Shown: positions 8,748 through 18,716, numbered from the stretch's first letter. The stretch: DNA of 64,000 bases from Pseudomonadota bacterium (GCA_021323865.1 JAJPKF010000025.1:128355-192354); one strand, 5' to 3'. The notes: generated by a model from the sequence alone, not told the origin. A program made the numbers and translations.

Positions 8748-10460
8748 CTACGCCTTGGCGAGATCCTCTTGAAGCGCATCGATCTCTGCCTCGATGGCGT
8801 CGACGGCCGGCCCTAGAACGCTGGCATCGAAGCGGAACGGCGCCCCCACGGCGGCGAACAGCTCGGGCAAGGAGCGCGTCCCCCCCAGCGTCAACGCTTG
8901 CTTGTAGCGCGCCAGCGCCGCATCGCGATCGCTCTTGGCCTGGATCCAGACCTGCACCGCGGCCAGCTGCGCCATGGCGTACTCGATGATGTAAAACGGC
9001 ACCTCGTGAATGTGCGGGACCTGCTGCCAGCCATTGGCCAGCTCTGCCTCCAGTCCCGTCCAGTCCACCTCAGTAATGAAATCTCGATACAGCCGGCTCC
9101 AGGATGCGTCACAGGCGTCCACGTCCATGGCCTCGTCGAGATGGGTGTACACCCAGTGCTGAAATGCGTCGATATACATCAGGCGCACCCACAGTCCGAT
9201 CATGCCTTCCAGGTGATTGATGCGGGCCCGGGCGGCCTCGGCCGGTGTGTAAAAGCCCCCCGCGGCGCGGTCCAAATGGGGAGCGGCGAGCAGCTCCATG
9301 GACATGGAGGCGACCTCGGCAAACTCATGGCCGACGCTGCGCTGCTGCAGATACGGTAGCCCCGCGGTGCGGAAGACGTGGAAGGCATGACCGCTCTCGT
9401 GCATCAGTGTTTGTACGTCGTTATGGACGCCGGCCGCGTTCATAAAGATGAATGGCTCCTTCGCGGCTGAGAAGCTCGTGCAGTAGCCGCCCGGCGCCTT
9501 GTTCTTACGGCTTTCGAGATCCAGCAGCCCGGCAGCGCTCATGCGATCGAAGTCCGAGGCCAGCTCCGGATCCAAGGCGTGAAACATGCGCGATATCCCC
9601 GTCTCTAACTCCGCCGCCTTCTCGAACGGTCGGAGGGGCTGCGAGCCGAGAGGGTCGACACGCAGATCCCAGGGCCGCAGCGTGTCCAGCCGGAGACGTT
9701 CCCGGCGACGCTGCAACGATCGCGAGAGCGCCGGGGCAACAACCTCCTTGACCGCGGCGTGGAAGGCCTGATTGTCTTCGGGCCCGTAGTCGAAGCGAAG
9801 CAGCTGCCGCCAGCGAAACGCGCGGTAGTCGGGAAGGCCCGCGTTGGCTGCGATGGTCCGGCGGTTCTCCAGCTCCCGAACCCAGAGCCGGCCGATGCGC
9901 TCCCGGTCTTCCACACGGCGACCGGCTGCCAGGCGCCACGCCCGTTCCCGGGTGGCGCGCTCGGGGCTCTCGTAAAACGGGTTGAGTCGGGGCAGCGGAA
10001 GCTCCTGGCCGTCCCAGGTGATGGTTTGAGCGCCCACGATCGCGTCCCATTCGGCTCCCTGCTTCTCCTCCACGGCCAGCAGCGGAACGTTCGCCTCGCG
10101 GAAGAGCTCGGCCTGCGCCCGCATGTTGCGCATCGGCACCGAGAATCCCTCAGGCTGAAGCCCGCTGTCGAGCAGCTTCTCCTTCAGTGCCTGTTCCGCC
10201 GATCGCGACGGCGGATAGACCTCTTCCAGGAACCGGTTGAATCGCTGCTCCGCCTGGACATCGGCGGTGTTCACGGTCTTGGCCACGGACAGGCGCTGCT
10301 CCAGCTCGGCCACCAGCTCGGCCACCCGGCTCCAATCGCGGAGGAACGCATCCACCGTGTCTGCCGAGAGCGACCGAGACTGCAGCTCCCGATAATGCGG
10401 CTCGAAGTGGTCCCAGGACCAATCAAGGATGTCGCGGCCGGTAGAGGGAAGAGCGGTCAT
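8748..10460 (-). CDS. M3-family oligoendopeptidase (PepF-like)
   Basis: Zinc motif LMHESGHAFH plus downstream E; length and layout of M3B oligoendopeptidase F; ATG 10460 chosen. Confidence 0.85.
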   Translation of the reverse strand: MTALPSTGRDILDWSWDHFEPHYRELQSRSLSADTVDAFLRDWSRVAELVAELEQRLSVAKTVNTADVQAEQRFNRFLEEVYPPSRSAEQALKEKLLDSGLQPEGFSVPMRNMRAQAELFREANVPLLAVEEKQGAEWDAIVGAQTITWDGQELPLPRLNPFYESPERATRERAWRLAAGRRVEDRERIGRLWVRELENRRTIAANAGLPDYRAFRWRQLLRFDYGPEDNQAFHAAVKEVVAPALSRSLQRRRERLRLDTLRPWDLRVDPLGSQPLRPFEKAAELETGISRMFHALDPELASDFDRMSAAGLLDLESRKNKAPGGYCTSFSAAKEPFIFMNAAGVHNDVQTLMHESGHAFHVFRTAGLPYLQQRSVGHEFAEVASMSMELLAAPHLDRAAGGFYTPAEAARARINHLEGMIGLWVRLMYIDAFQHWVYTHLDEAMDVDACDASWSRLYRDFITEVDWTGLEAELANGWQQVPHIHEVPFYIIEYAMAQLAAVQVWIQAKSDRDAALARYKQALTLGGTRSLPELFAAVGAPFRFDASVLGPAVDAIEAEIDALQEDLAKA

Positions 10461-10708
10461 CCCGGCCGCCGGTTGAGATCGATGAGCGCCACCTCCTCGC
10501 CCGACAAAGTGAGGACGCACACGGCATTCTCGCCGGTCGCGAGCAGCTCCGTGGGCACGAACCAGTTGCCGCCGTCGCGCTCGATCTCCACGTAACCGCG
10601 GCCCACGCGACCCTTCACTCTGCCGACGACCCCACCCGAGCCGTCCAGCACGGGCGCCCCATCCAGGGCCCGGCGTGAGGGGCGGCGTCCATTCGCAGAT
10701 GCAGCCAT
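10457..10708 (-). CDS. small hypothetical protein
   Basis: 83-aa ORF whose stop overlaps the peptidase ATG (ATGA coupling); GRVKGRVGRGYVEIERDGGNWFVP core; family not recognised. Confidence 0.45.
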   Translation of the reverse strand: MAASANGRRPSRRALDGAPVLDGSGGVVGRVKGRVGRGYVEIERDGGNWFVPTELLATGENAVCVLTLSGEEVALIDLNRRPG

Positions 10709-10779
10709 GCCTTCATTTGTACCCCGGTCCCATGGCGACCGGGCTCCCGCCGGTCGCATCTTCGTTAGCGTGAAGCAGC

Positions 10780-11403
10780 ATGGAGTTCTTCCTAAGCGCC
10801 ATCGTCACCGTCTTCATCGTGGTGGACCCCATCGCGCTTGCCCCGATCTTCATCGGGCTGACGACCCGCATGACGGAGGAGCAGCGGCGGCATGTGGCCC
10901 TTCGCTCGGTGATGGTCGCCGCCGGGATCATGATCGTCTTCGCCGCCGTCGGGCGGCCGCTGCTGGCGGCCCTCGGCATCAGCCTCAACGCCTTCTACAT
11001 CGCCGGAGGCGCGCTGCTCTTTCTGATCGCCATCGATATGCTCTTCGCGCGTCCCTCCCGGACGCGGGAGACACCCGAAGAGGCGGCGGAGGGCCGGACC
11101 GCGGCCGACATCAGTGTGTTTCCGCTGGCCATTCCCATCATGAGCGGGCCGGGCTCCATGGCCACCATCGTGCTCTTCATGTCGCAGGCAGGGGATAATG
11201 TCCTGCGCATCGGGTCGGTGGCATTGGCGCTGGCCATCGCCCTCACGGCTTCGTATGTGGTCATGTGCCTGTCCGGACCGCTGATGGCCGTTCTGCGTCG
11301 CACCGGGATCGCCGTCGTGGGCCGGGTGATGGGTGTCATCCTTGCCGCGCTGGCCGCCCAATTTGTCATCAACGGCGTGACGGCAGTGCTGCACCTCCGG
11401 TAG
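10780..11403 (+). CDS. MarC-family integral membrane protein
   Basis: MEFFLSAIVTVFIVVDPIALAPIF... and multiple TM helices typical of MarC/UPF0056. Confidence 0.85.
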   Translation: MEFFLSAIVTVFIVVDPIALAPIFIGLTTRMTEEQRRHVALRSVMVAAGIMIVFAAVGRPLLAALGISLNAFYIAGGALLFLIAIDMLFARPSRTRETPEEAAEGRTAADISVFPLAIPIMSGPGSMATIVLFMSQAGDNVLRIGSVALALAIALTASYVVMCLSGPLMAVLRRTGIAVVGRVMGVILAALAAQFVINGVTAVLHLR

Positions 11404-11419
11404 TGTGGTATCTGGAGTC

Positions 11420-11944
11420 ATGATCCTCGAGCTCGACGGCTATGTGCCTGAGCTGCATCCGACCGTGTTCGTGGCCCCGACCGCGGCCGTGGTGGGTAAC
11501 GTTCGCATCGGCCAGGAATCCAGCGTGTGGTTCTCGGCCGCCCTCCGAGCCGACAACGGCGATCACGCCATCTCGATTGGCGAGCGAACCAGCGTTCAGG
11601 ACGGCTGTGTCATTCACGTCAGCACCAAACGCGGCACCGACGTGGGGTCCGACGTTACGGTCGGCCATGGCGCGATTCTCGAGGGCTGCACCATCGAGAA
11701 CGGAGCGGTGATCGGCATGAACGCGGTGGTCCTCGAGGACGCCGTGGTGGGCCAGGGGTCACTGATCGCCGCCGGCAGCGTGGTGACTGCGGGTTTGGTG
11801 ATTCCCGCCGGCGTGGTGGCGGCAGGTGTGCCGGCGGTGATCAAGAAGGCCATCTCCGGCGAGTCGGCGTGGTGGATCGCACACAGCGCTGCCCACTACG
11901 TGGAGCTGGCGCGGCGCTATCGGGAGCAGCTGACCGAGCGCTAG
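11420..11944 (+). CDS. gamma-carbonic-anhydrase-like (left-handed beta-helix, YrdA/PaaY-type) protein
   Basis: Hexapeptide repeats; VFVAPTAAVVGNVRIGQESSVWFSAALRAD...IGERTSVQDGCVIH; ATG 11420 after GGAG. Confidence 0.85.
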   Translation: MILELDGYVPELHPTVFVAPTAAVVGNVRIGQESSVWFSAALRADNGDHAISIGERTSVQDGCVIHVSTKRGTDVGSDVTVGHGAILEGCTIENGAVIGMNAVVLEDAVVGQGSLIAAGSVVTAGLVIPAGVVAAGVPAVIKKAISGESAWWIAHSAAHYVELARRYREQLTER

Positions 11945-12032
11945 GCTTGGCACCCGCCCGACCAGCTCATTCGGGCCAATGCGCACTGCGGCGGAGCCCG
12001 AACGGCAGCTGGGATTCGGCCTTTCGGACCCC

Positions 12033-12060
12033 TTGACAGCGTCTCAATCGCTGCTATGTT
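12033..12060 (+). promoter_or_regulatory. sigma-70-like promoter (TTGACA-16 nt-TATGTT)
   Basis: TTGACA 12033-12038 and TATGTT 12055-12060, 76 nt upstream of ATG 12136. Confidence 0.45.
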
Positions 12061-12072
12061 GGCGTGAATTGA

Positions 12073-12088
12073 TAGAACGTTCGTTCTA
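12073..12088. promoter_or_regulatory. LexA-type SOS box (TAGAAC-N4-GTTCTA)
   Basis: Perfect 6-bp inverted arms with 4-nt spacer, matching the GAAC-N4-GTTC Cheo-box core; sits 12 nt downstream of the -10 hexamer. Confidence 0.6.
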
Positions 12089-12135
12089 TTTCACGCATCC
12101 CGGTTTGTGCGGGATGGCTTCGGAGAGAGCCCGCC

Positions 12136-12663
12136 ATGACCTGGGATTCAGACGGCTTTGGCGACGAGTACGATGAGCTTGCCGCCTTGCTCGGCGTGGA
12201 GGAGGCGCCCGCCTTCCACGTCGAGTTCTACGGCCTGACCTCGCCCTTCTGGGATGATCCCATTCGGGGAGACGGCACCCGGTTTCCCTGCCTTGGGCCC
12301 GACAACGTATACCGGGGATGCCTCGGCGCGGCCTGTCAGGCGGAAACCTGTTGGGCCGGACGGCTGGTCCCGAGCGCCGTCCACGCCAAGCTGCCCGCCG
12401 AGCGTTTCCCCCATGAGGAGCGCAAGGGCTCGACCTGCCACACCTGCGCCAATGTCATCGACGGGCCCGATGGCCTGGTGGACTGCGCCCGCGGCCACTT
12501 CAACCGGCCCATCACGCCTGCCTGCCTGGCGCGCAAGCGAGTCCCCGACTCGGTGCCCGTCCCGTGCGACGACTGGACTCGTGCGTCGCAGCTGCGGCCG
12601 GAGGTCTTGGAAATCCGGCTGCGCAAGCGGCGGGAGTCGCAACGGCGTCGAAGCGGAGTCTAG
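12136..12663 (+). CDS. Cys-rich hypothetical protein (10 Cys), putatively SOS-regulated
   Basis: 175-aa ORF with GGAGAGAG SD; acidic N-terminus, Cys clusters (CLGPDNVYRGCLGAACQAETC, CHTCANVIDGPDGLVDC), basic tail; no family recognised. Confidence 0.65.
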   Translation: MTWDSDGFGDEYDELAALLGVEEAPAFHVEFYGLTSPFWDDPIRGDGTRFPCLGPDNVYRGCLGAACQAETCWAGRLVPSAVHAKLPAERFPHEERKGSTCHTCANVIDGPDGLVDCARGHFNRPITPACLARKRVPDSVPVPCDDWTRASQLRPEVLEIRLRKRRESQRRRSGV

Positions 12664-12803
12664 AGGCCGATGACTCCAACCAGCCAGCCCTGGCTCACGG
12701 AGCTACGGGCTCGGCTGCTGCAGGTTGCCGCCGGCTACCGGCAGGGATTCGTCGCCCATCCGATAGCCGCGCATCTGCCGACGTCCGCCGCCGGCGGCCC
12801 GGC

Positions 12804-14240
12804 TCAGTAGGCCTTGGCCACCAGCGCCCGCGTCTTACCATCCTTCCCGCAAACCGTGCAAGCCCCGCCGGCTCCGGCTGCCGACTCATCCATGGGAAGC
12901 GCCCGAATGCTCGCCTTCAGCTCCATCAGCCGATCCTCACAGACGGGGTCGCCACACCAGTTGATCCAGTAGAAGCCGGGCGACGCCTCCAGGCCGGCGG
13001 CAAGCTCTGCGAATCCGGACACCGACTGGGTGTGTGTGTCCGCAAACTCCCGCGCCCTGGCCGCCATCGTGCTCTGCACGTCCTCGAGCAGGCTGTGCAG
13101 CTCTGCCGCCAGGCCAGCAAGGCCGATGGCCTGCTTCTCCCGGGTATCGCGGCGCGCGGCCGTTACTTGATTCGCCGCCACGTCGCGCGGCCCAATCTCC
13201 AGCCGTACCGGCACACCCCGCAGCTCCCAGTCGTTGAACTTGAATCCGGGCGTGACCGTATCCCGGCGGTCGATCTCCAGCCGAAGGCCGGCCGCCTGCA
13301 GCTCCGCCTCGACCTGGGACACGAATGCCTCGACGGTCGCCCGCTCCTCATCCTTGCGCCAGATGGGCACGATGACGACCTGGAAGGGGGCGATCCGGGG
13401 CGGCAGGATCAGCCCCTTATCGTCACCGTGAACCAGCACCAACGCGCCGATCAGCCGCGTGCTGACCGCCCAGCTCGTGGACCAGGGGAACTTCTGCTCA
13501 CCGTCTCGATCCAGGAAGCGCACGTCGAACGCGCGGCCGAAGTTCTGGCCCAGGTTGTGGGAGGTTCCCATCTGCAGGGCACGCCCGTCGCGCATCATGC
13601 TCTCCATCGTGTACGTGATCTCGGCGCCGGCGAACTTCTCTCGCTCCGACTTCCGTCCGGGCACCACCGGTATGGCCAGCACCTCCTGAATGAACCGCAC
13701 GTAGATGTCCAGGATCAGCCGCGCCTCCGCATCGGCCTCCGCAAACGTCTCGTGCGCCGTGTGCCCCTCCTGCCAGAGGAACTCCATGCCGCGGAGAAAC
13801 GGGCGGGTGCGCATCTCCCAGCGCACCGCGTTGCCCCACTGATTGATGAGGACGGGGAGATCGCGGTAGGACTTGATCCACTTGCGGTAGCAGTCGTAGA
13901 TGATGGTTTCCGAGGTGGGCCGGACAACCAGCTCTTCGGCCAGCTTCTGGCCGCCCCCGTGCGTCACCACCGCCAGCTCGGGCGCAAAGCCTTCCACGTG
14001 CTCCGCCTCCCGACGCATGAAGGACATGGGGATGAAGAGCGGGAAGGAAGCATTCTTGTGGCCGGTTGCTTTCAGCTCCCGATCGACGTCCGCCTGGATG
14101 TTCTCCCAGATGGCATACCCGTAGGGGCGGATCGCGATGGAGCCGCGAACCGGCGTATAGTCGGCCAGCTCCGCGCTCAGAACGGTTCTAATGTACCAGT
14201 CGCTTCGGTCCTCGATCTGCTCGTCGACGCTCTCGTCCAT
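12804..14240 (-). CDS. proS: proline--tRNA ligase (archaeal/eukaryote-like class II type)
   Basis: 478 aa; RPYGYAIWENIQ...FPLFIP...EGFAPELAVVTH..., class II motifs, C-terminal Zn-like CxxC...CxxC; ATG 14240 after GGGAGG. Confidence 0.93.
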   Translation of the reverse strand: MDESVDEQIEDRSDWYIRTVLSAELADYTPVRGSIAIRPYGYAIWENIQADVDRELKATGHKNASFPLFIPMSFMRREAEHVEGFAPELAVVTHGGGQKLAEELVVRPTSETIIYDCYRKWIKSYRDLPVLINQWGNAVRWEMRTRPFLRGMEFLWQEGHTAHETFAEADAEARLILDIYVRFIQEVLAIPVVPGRKSEREKFAGAEITYTMESMMRDGRALQMGTSHNLGQNFGRAFDVRFLDRDGEQKFPWSTSWAVSTRLIGALVLVHGDDKGLILPPRIAPFQVVIVPIWRKDEERATVEAFVSQVEAELQAAGLRLEIDRRDTVTPGFKFNDWELRGVPVRLEIGPRDVAANQVTAARRDTREKQAIGLAGLAAELHSLLEDVQSTMAARAREFADTHTQSVSGFAELAAGLEASPGFYWINWCGDPVCEDRLMELKASIRALPMDESAAGAGGACTVCGKDGKTRALVAKAY

Positions 14241-14535
14241 GTCGCCTCCCGGCCGGCGGATTTGAGAATGAAAAGGCCCCGTCCCTGCAGGGACGGGGCC
14301 TTTAGGCTCCGTGGTACCACCGTGCTTGGTCACGGCCTTGGTCGTGACCCACTCATCCGGCATGCGCCGGAAGCCCCATAACGGCGGCCAAGCCGTCCAC
14401 CTTCATCAGGTGGCCGTCTCCGAGGTTCGGTTCGCGCCCCGCGTCCCGCCGGCTTCCATCGCACCCGGCTCTCTTAGGGGACCGCCGCGGGCCTACTGCT
14501 CCTCGGTCGTTTCTCCATCGTAGCCCAGGCGACGA
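14241..14535 (-). promoter_or_regulatory. T-box leader (riboswitch), proline specifier CCG
   Basis: Minus-strand leader: AGAGAG + GGTGCGA distal-loop elements, GAA-CCG-A specifier (CCG at 14428-14430), T-box core CGGTGGTACCACGG (14309-14322), terminator hairpin 14271-14303 followed by UUUU, then SD and proS ATG. Confidence 0.8.
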
Positions 14536-14548
14536 GCGCGCGCCCACC

Positions 14549-14974
14549 TCAGGGGGCCCGTTCCTGCCAGAACCGCTCGATGTTGTCGTAGACCTCGTGC
14601 GGGAACTGCAGCTGGCTATAGACATTGCACGAGCTGGGATCATCCGGATCGGGACAGATGGGAAACTCCTGCTCCTGCTGCCACCGGAGGATCTGATCGC
14701 GCTTGGGCGGGTTGTAGCCGTGGGCCCGGACTTCCGCAACCAGTGCCTTCGCCTCGCCGTCCTCGACATCCGAGTCTTTGGAGAGCAGCCGGATCAATTC
14801 CTCGTCATCCAGGAAATACTGGGCCACCATGGCAAAGGTCAGCCGGCCGTAGTGCCCGATGTCCTCGCCTCGCTCGAGCGCGTCCATGAGATGCGCCATC
14901 ATCGGCGATGCCCGGAGATCCCCAGTCCGGTCGCCGCTATCGCGGCCCCCTTCGCGAGATTGTGTCTGTGTCAT
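14549..14974 (-). CDS. hypothetical protein
   Basis: 141 aa from ATG 14974 (GGAAAGGAA SD); high GC3; HYGRLTFAMVAQYFLDDEELIRLL core; family not recognised. Confidence 0.6.
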   Translation of the reverse strand: MTQTQSREGGRDSGDRTGDLRASPMMAHLMDALERGEDIGHYGRLTFAMVAQYFLDDEELIRLLSKDSDVEDGEAKALVAEVRAHGYNPPKRDQILRWQQEQEFPICPDPDDPSSCNVYSQLQFPHEVYDNIERFWQERAP

Positions 14975-15197
14975 GCCTCTCATTCCTTTCCAGATTGTTC
15001 TAGGACATCTGTTCGCAAGTCCCGTGCCTACCAGCGGCCGGTTCCGGATCGAGCATGGCACGGTTTCCGCTGCATCTGGCCGAGCGCGGTTACGGGGTGC
15101 TCGACGCGCGCCGGCCGACCGGCAGCGACCGCCCGTTACCCGCTATAAACGATTGCCGCATCCCGGCGTGTCCCATCTTTCACTCCTGGAGAACCCC

Positions 15198-16685
15198 ATG
15201 AAGCGTCTCTACGGCGTATCCCTGGCACTTGCCATCGCCATCGGCGGCATTTCAGCCGCGTCGGTCGCCGCGGCGCAGCCGCCCGGCCCGCCGGCGCGGC
15301 TCGCTCAGCGGACCGCCGGAGGCGCGGTCATCCCGTTTGGTGGCTGGTCTCGCACCTCCGAGGTGCGGTTCTCCATGAAGGCGTCGGGCGATGGCGGCTG
15401 GCTCCGTCCCCAGGTGGAGGTGGCTGGTGCCGGACAGGCCTTCGCCGGCAAGCCGACCGCGACGGGGCGCGCGATGCGCGTCGCCTCGGGCACCTCCGCG
15501 CGTCTTTCCGCGACCGTGACCGGGCTGCACGAGGGCGGCTACGACTGGCAGGCGCGACTGATCGACTCGCATAACCAGACGAGCCCCTGGGTCACGGCCG
15601 GTACAGCCGGGCAGACGGACGCCTTCGCCGTGGACACCTCGGCGCCCTCGCGGCCCTTCATCCGGTCCAGCACCAATCCCAAGTGGGGCGGCTGGTATCG
15701 CACCACCGTCGAGACCTTCTCCTGGAGCTCCAAGGACTCGGGCTCCGGCATCGCCGGCTACAGCTGGGCGCTGGGCCATCACCTGCATTCAGCGCGGCCG
15801 GCCTTGGGCCACTCGACCAGCGTCACCTTCAAGCACGTCGGCGACGGCCGCTGGGTCCTGCACGTGTGGTCTCGCGACGCGGCCGGCAACTGGAGCCGGT
15901 TGGGCTACTTCCGCTTCAACATCGAGCGCCGCGCGCCCTACCTCTGGTATCGCTCGGTCTCGACCAGTCACTTCAATCCCTACAGCGGCCCCGAGCGCTG
16001 GACCTTCAAGCTGAACCGCGGCGCCTACGTGCGCGCGGAGGTCTTCCGGTCCGGACAGAAGTCGCCGGTCGTGGTGCGCAAGCTGGGCTGGCTGAAGCGC
16101 GGCCGCAATCACTTCGTGTGGCATGGGCGTGACGGCCACCGCAAGATGGTCAAGCACGGCTGGTACTGGATCCGGCTGTACACGCTGGACAAGATCGGCA
16201 ATCGCGGCGACTTCCCCTCTGCCGGCATCTGGGTCTGGCCGTTCAAGCCCAAGCTGCCCTTCGTGCCCGAGCCGGGCCACCATATCGTGGTCTCCCTTTC
16301 CCGCCAGGCGCTCTACGCGTACAACGGCTCCAAGCTGGTCTGGCAGAGCCTGGTGACCACCGGCAACCCGGCCCTGCCCACGCCGACCGGCCATTTCACC
16401 ATCTTCGCCAAGTTCCATCCCTTTGAGTTCGTGTCACCCTGGCCGCCCAGCTCGCCCTACTACTACCCGCCCTCCTGGGTGAGCTACGCCATGGAGTTCC
16501 AGAATCAGGGCTACTTTATCCACGACGCTCCCTGGCGCACCCATTTCGGACCCGGCAGCAACGGCCCCGGGAAGCCGGGAACCAACTACGGCGGCACCCA
16601 CGGCTGCGTCAATACGCCCCTCAAGACGGCACACTTCCTGTTCAGCTGGGCCCCGATCGGGACCCCGGTCGACATCGTGAAGTAG
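15198..16685 (+). CDS. secreted L,D-transpeptidase family protein with Ig-like (FlgD-Ig-type) middle domain
   Basis: Signal peptide MKRLYGVSLALAIAIGGISAASVAAA; C-terminal YkuD domain (VSLSRQALYAY...TGHFTI...IHDAPW...THGCVN). Confidence 0.85.
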   Translation: MKRLYGVSLALAIAIGGISAASVAAAQPPGPPARLAQRTAGGAVIPFGGWSRTSEVRFSMKASGDGGWLRPQVEVAGAGQAFAGKPTATGRAMRVASGTSARLSATVTGLHEGGYDWQARLIDSHNQTSPWVTAGTAGQTDAFAVDTSAPSRPFIRSSTNPKWGGWYRTTVETFSWSSKDSGSGIAGYSWALGHHLHSARPALGHSTSVTFKHVGDGRWVLHVWSRDAAGNWSRLGYFRFNIERRAPYLWYRSVSTSHFNPYSGPERWTFKLNRGAYVRAEVFRSGQKSPVVVRKLGWLKRGRNHFVWHGRDGHRKMVKHGWYWIRLYTLDKIGNRGDFPSAGIWVWPFKPKLPFVPEPGHHIVVSLSRQALYAYNGSKLVWQSLVTTGNPALPTPTGHFTIFAKFHPFEFVSPWPPSSPYYYPPSWVSYAMEFQNQGYFIHDAPWRTHFGPGSNGPGKPGTNYGGTHGCVNTPLKTAHFLFSWAPIGTPVDIVK

Positions 16686-16715
16686 CCCTCGGCAGGCGAA
16701 AAGGAGATGGTCGAG

Positions 16716-16937
16716 ATGACGGAAGAGATTCGCGTGGGCGACAGCGTCCTCGCCCGACACGACGGGAATGAGGTGCCGGGTGTGGTGACCGAGATCGACG
16801 GCGATCACATCCTTGTTTCCCTGGCCACGCCCTACGTGCGCGAGCACGGGGAGCAGGACACAGAGGTCCGCTGCCCTCGTTCGGACGTCACCCGCATCGC
16901 CGACGACGCGGACTCGACGCCGCAGCTGGGAGGCTGA
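16716..16937 (+). CDS. small hypothetical protein
   Basis: 73 aa; AAGGAG 6 nt upstream of ATG 16716; acidic; no family recognised. Confidence 0.5.
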   Translation: MTEEIRVGDSVLARHDGNEVPGVVTEIDGDHILVSLATPYVREHGEQDTEVRCPRSDVTRIADDADSTPQLGG

Positions 16938-17228
16938 CGCCGCCCGGCTGCGGACCAAGGGCGGAAAGCCTCGACAGCGGTCTATCGGGGTTGCCCATGT
17001 CGCGCGGGCGGAGCGATTGGAGCCGAATCCGGGGAGCCGGTGGCCATGGCCGACTTTGGTGGCCTAGTTGCCTGCGTCGCCCGGTCCCGCAATCTCCTGC
17101 CTGACCGGCTGTTCGGAGGTGCCTCGCCGGTGGATCGAACTGGGCCTTGGCTGGAGAAGCGCCGCAGGCTACAAATGCTCCAGGCCATTGCGGTAGCCTA
17201 ACGGAGACCAATCCCAGAGGAGACGAGG

Positions 17229-17642
17229 ATGAACGGCGAGGACGACTTCCCGCAGTTTTTGGGACCGATCGTGCAGTGGCCCCGCTATGGGGCCGCCTAC
17301 GCGGGAGAGCAGTTCACCATCTCCCCCGTCCCCACCGACGACGGTCGCTGGCTGCTGACCATCAACGACTGGAGTGACTCGCAGACCTTCTATCCCACTG
17401 TGGTCAACGCCATCGACGCCGCACTGGCCATCATCAAGGACTCGGTCGACGCCCGCCGGGCCGGCGTTGCTCCCGAGTCCGTGCAGCCGGCCGGAGGCGA
17501 GGCGCCGGCGGCCAATCGGCGCCAGAGCCGTGGTCGCGCATCTTCCACGAACACGAAGCGCGGCACCAACGCCAAGCCCGGCTCGACCGCCAAGCCCCGA
17601 AAGACCGACTCGAAGCCGGCCCGACGGCGCGCCACCAATTGA
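17229..17642 (+). CDS. hypothetical protein with basic disordered tail
   Basis: 137 aa; SD AGAGGAG; folded-looking N-terminal 75 aa then K/R/S/T/P-rich C-terminus. Confidence 0.55.
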   Translation: MNGEDDFPQFLGPIVQWPRYGAAYAGEQFTISPVPTDDGRWLLTINDWSDSQTFYPTVVNAIDAALAIIKDSVDARRAGVAPESVQPAGGEAPAANRRQSRGRASSTNTKRGTNAKPGSTAKPRKTDSKPARRRATN

Positions 17643-17757
17643 CCACGCTGCCGGACGGACCTGGCTCTCCTGCTAGCCCTCGCAGTCGGACCGAGGAAAC
17701 CGGCAAACGCAGGAACGGACAAACTCGGAGCGCCTCCGGCCCGGTGACGCCGCCGGC

Positions 17758-18642
17758 GTGACCGACCGCCGCACCATCCGGCTGGCCACCCGGCCCAGTC
17801 CGCTCGCCCGCCGGCAGGCCGACCTCGCCGCCTCGGCCCTTCGCCGGGCCGATCTCGAGCTCACTGTCGAGATCGTAGCCATTCGCTCCGAGGCCGACGT
17901 CCGCGCAGCCGTCCCGCTCCGTCAGTTCGGCGATCGCGCCGCCTTCGTCGCCCGCGTCGAGCAGGCGGTCCTCGCCGGTGAGGCCGACGTGGCCGTGCAC
18001 AGCCTGAAGGACGTGCCCATCGACCCCTCGCCAGGCCTGCGACTGGCGGCATTTCTGCCTCGGGAAGACCCGCGCGACGTGCTGGTTTCGGGCGGTCCGG
18101 GCCTGCACGAGCTGCCCCACGAAGCCCGCGTCGCCACCGGCAGCCCGCGGCGCGTCGCCCAGCTGCGCCATGCTCGTCCCGATCTGACGTTCACCGGCAT
18201 TCGCGGCAATGTCGACACCCGGCTGGCCAAGCTCGAGTCAGGTGCGGTCGACGCCCTGGTCCTGGCGGCCGCGGGCCTCAACCGCCTCGAGCGTGCCGAC
18301 GTGATCACCGAGTACCTGGACCCGCACATGTGCACGCCCGCGCCGGGTCAGGGGATCGTAGTGCTCCAGTGCCGGCAGGACGACGCGCTGGAAGGCCTGA
18401 TCGATAAGGCAAGTGACGGCGACGCTTCGCGCGCGGCCGCCGTGGAACGCGGTCTGGGTCAGGCCGTCGGCGCCGGCTGCAGCACGCCGTTCGGCGCCCT
18501 GGCGACGATCTCCGGCGACGATCTGACCCTCGTTGCCGCCCTGGAGCGGCCCGACGGCAGCCTACGCCGCTGCGTCGAGATCGGAGAAACCGCTCGTTGG
18601 GAAGAGGTGGTTGCCCGAGCGGCACGAAGCCTTACGGACTAA
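17758..18642 (+). CDS. hemC: hydroxymethylbilane synthase (porphobilinogen deaminase)
   Basis: IRLATRPSPLARRQA..., HSLKDVP, GSPRR.AQL, GNVDTRL.KL, conserved cofactor Cys (GAGCSTPFGA). Confidence 0.9.
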   Translation: MTDRRTIRLATRPSPLARRQADLAASALRRADLELTVEIVAIRSEADVRAAVPLRQFGDRAAFVARVEQAVLAGEADVAVHSLKDVPIDPSPGLRLAAFLPREDPRDVLVSGGPGLHELPHEARVATGSPRRVAQLRHARPDLTFTGIRGNVDTRLAKLESGAVDALVLAAAGLNRLERADVITEYLDPHMCTPAPGQGIVVLQCRQDDALEGLIDKASDGDASRAAAVERGLGQAVGAGCSTPFGALATISGDDLTLVAALERPDGSLRRCVEIGETARWEEVVARAARSLTD

Positions 18643-18716
18643 CCCGGCACACCGATGCCGGGCAGAATAGCCACGAATGCGAGGCGTCCGGCTACCGAAA
18701 AGGCGCAGCCCGCCGC

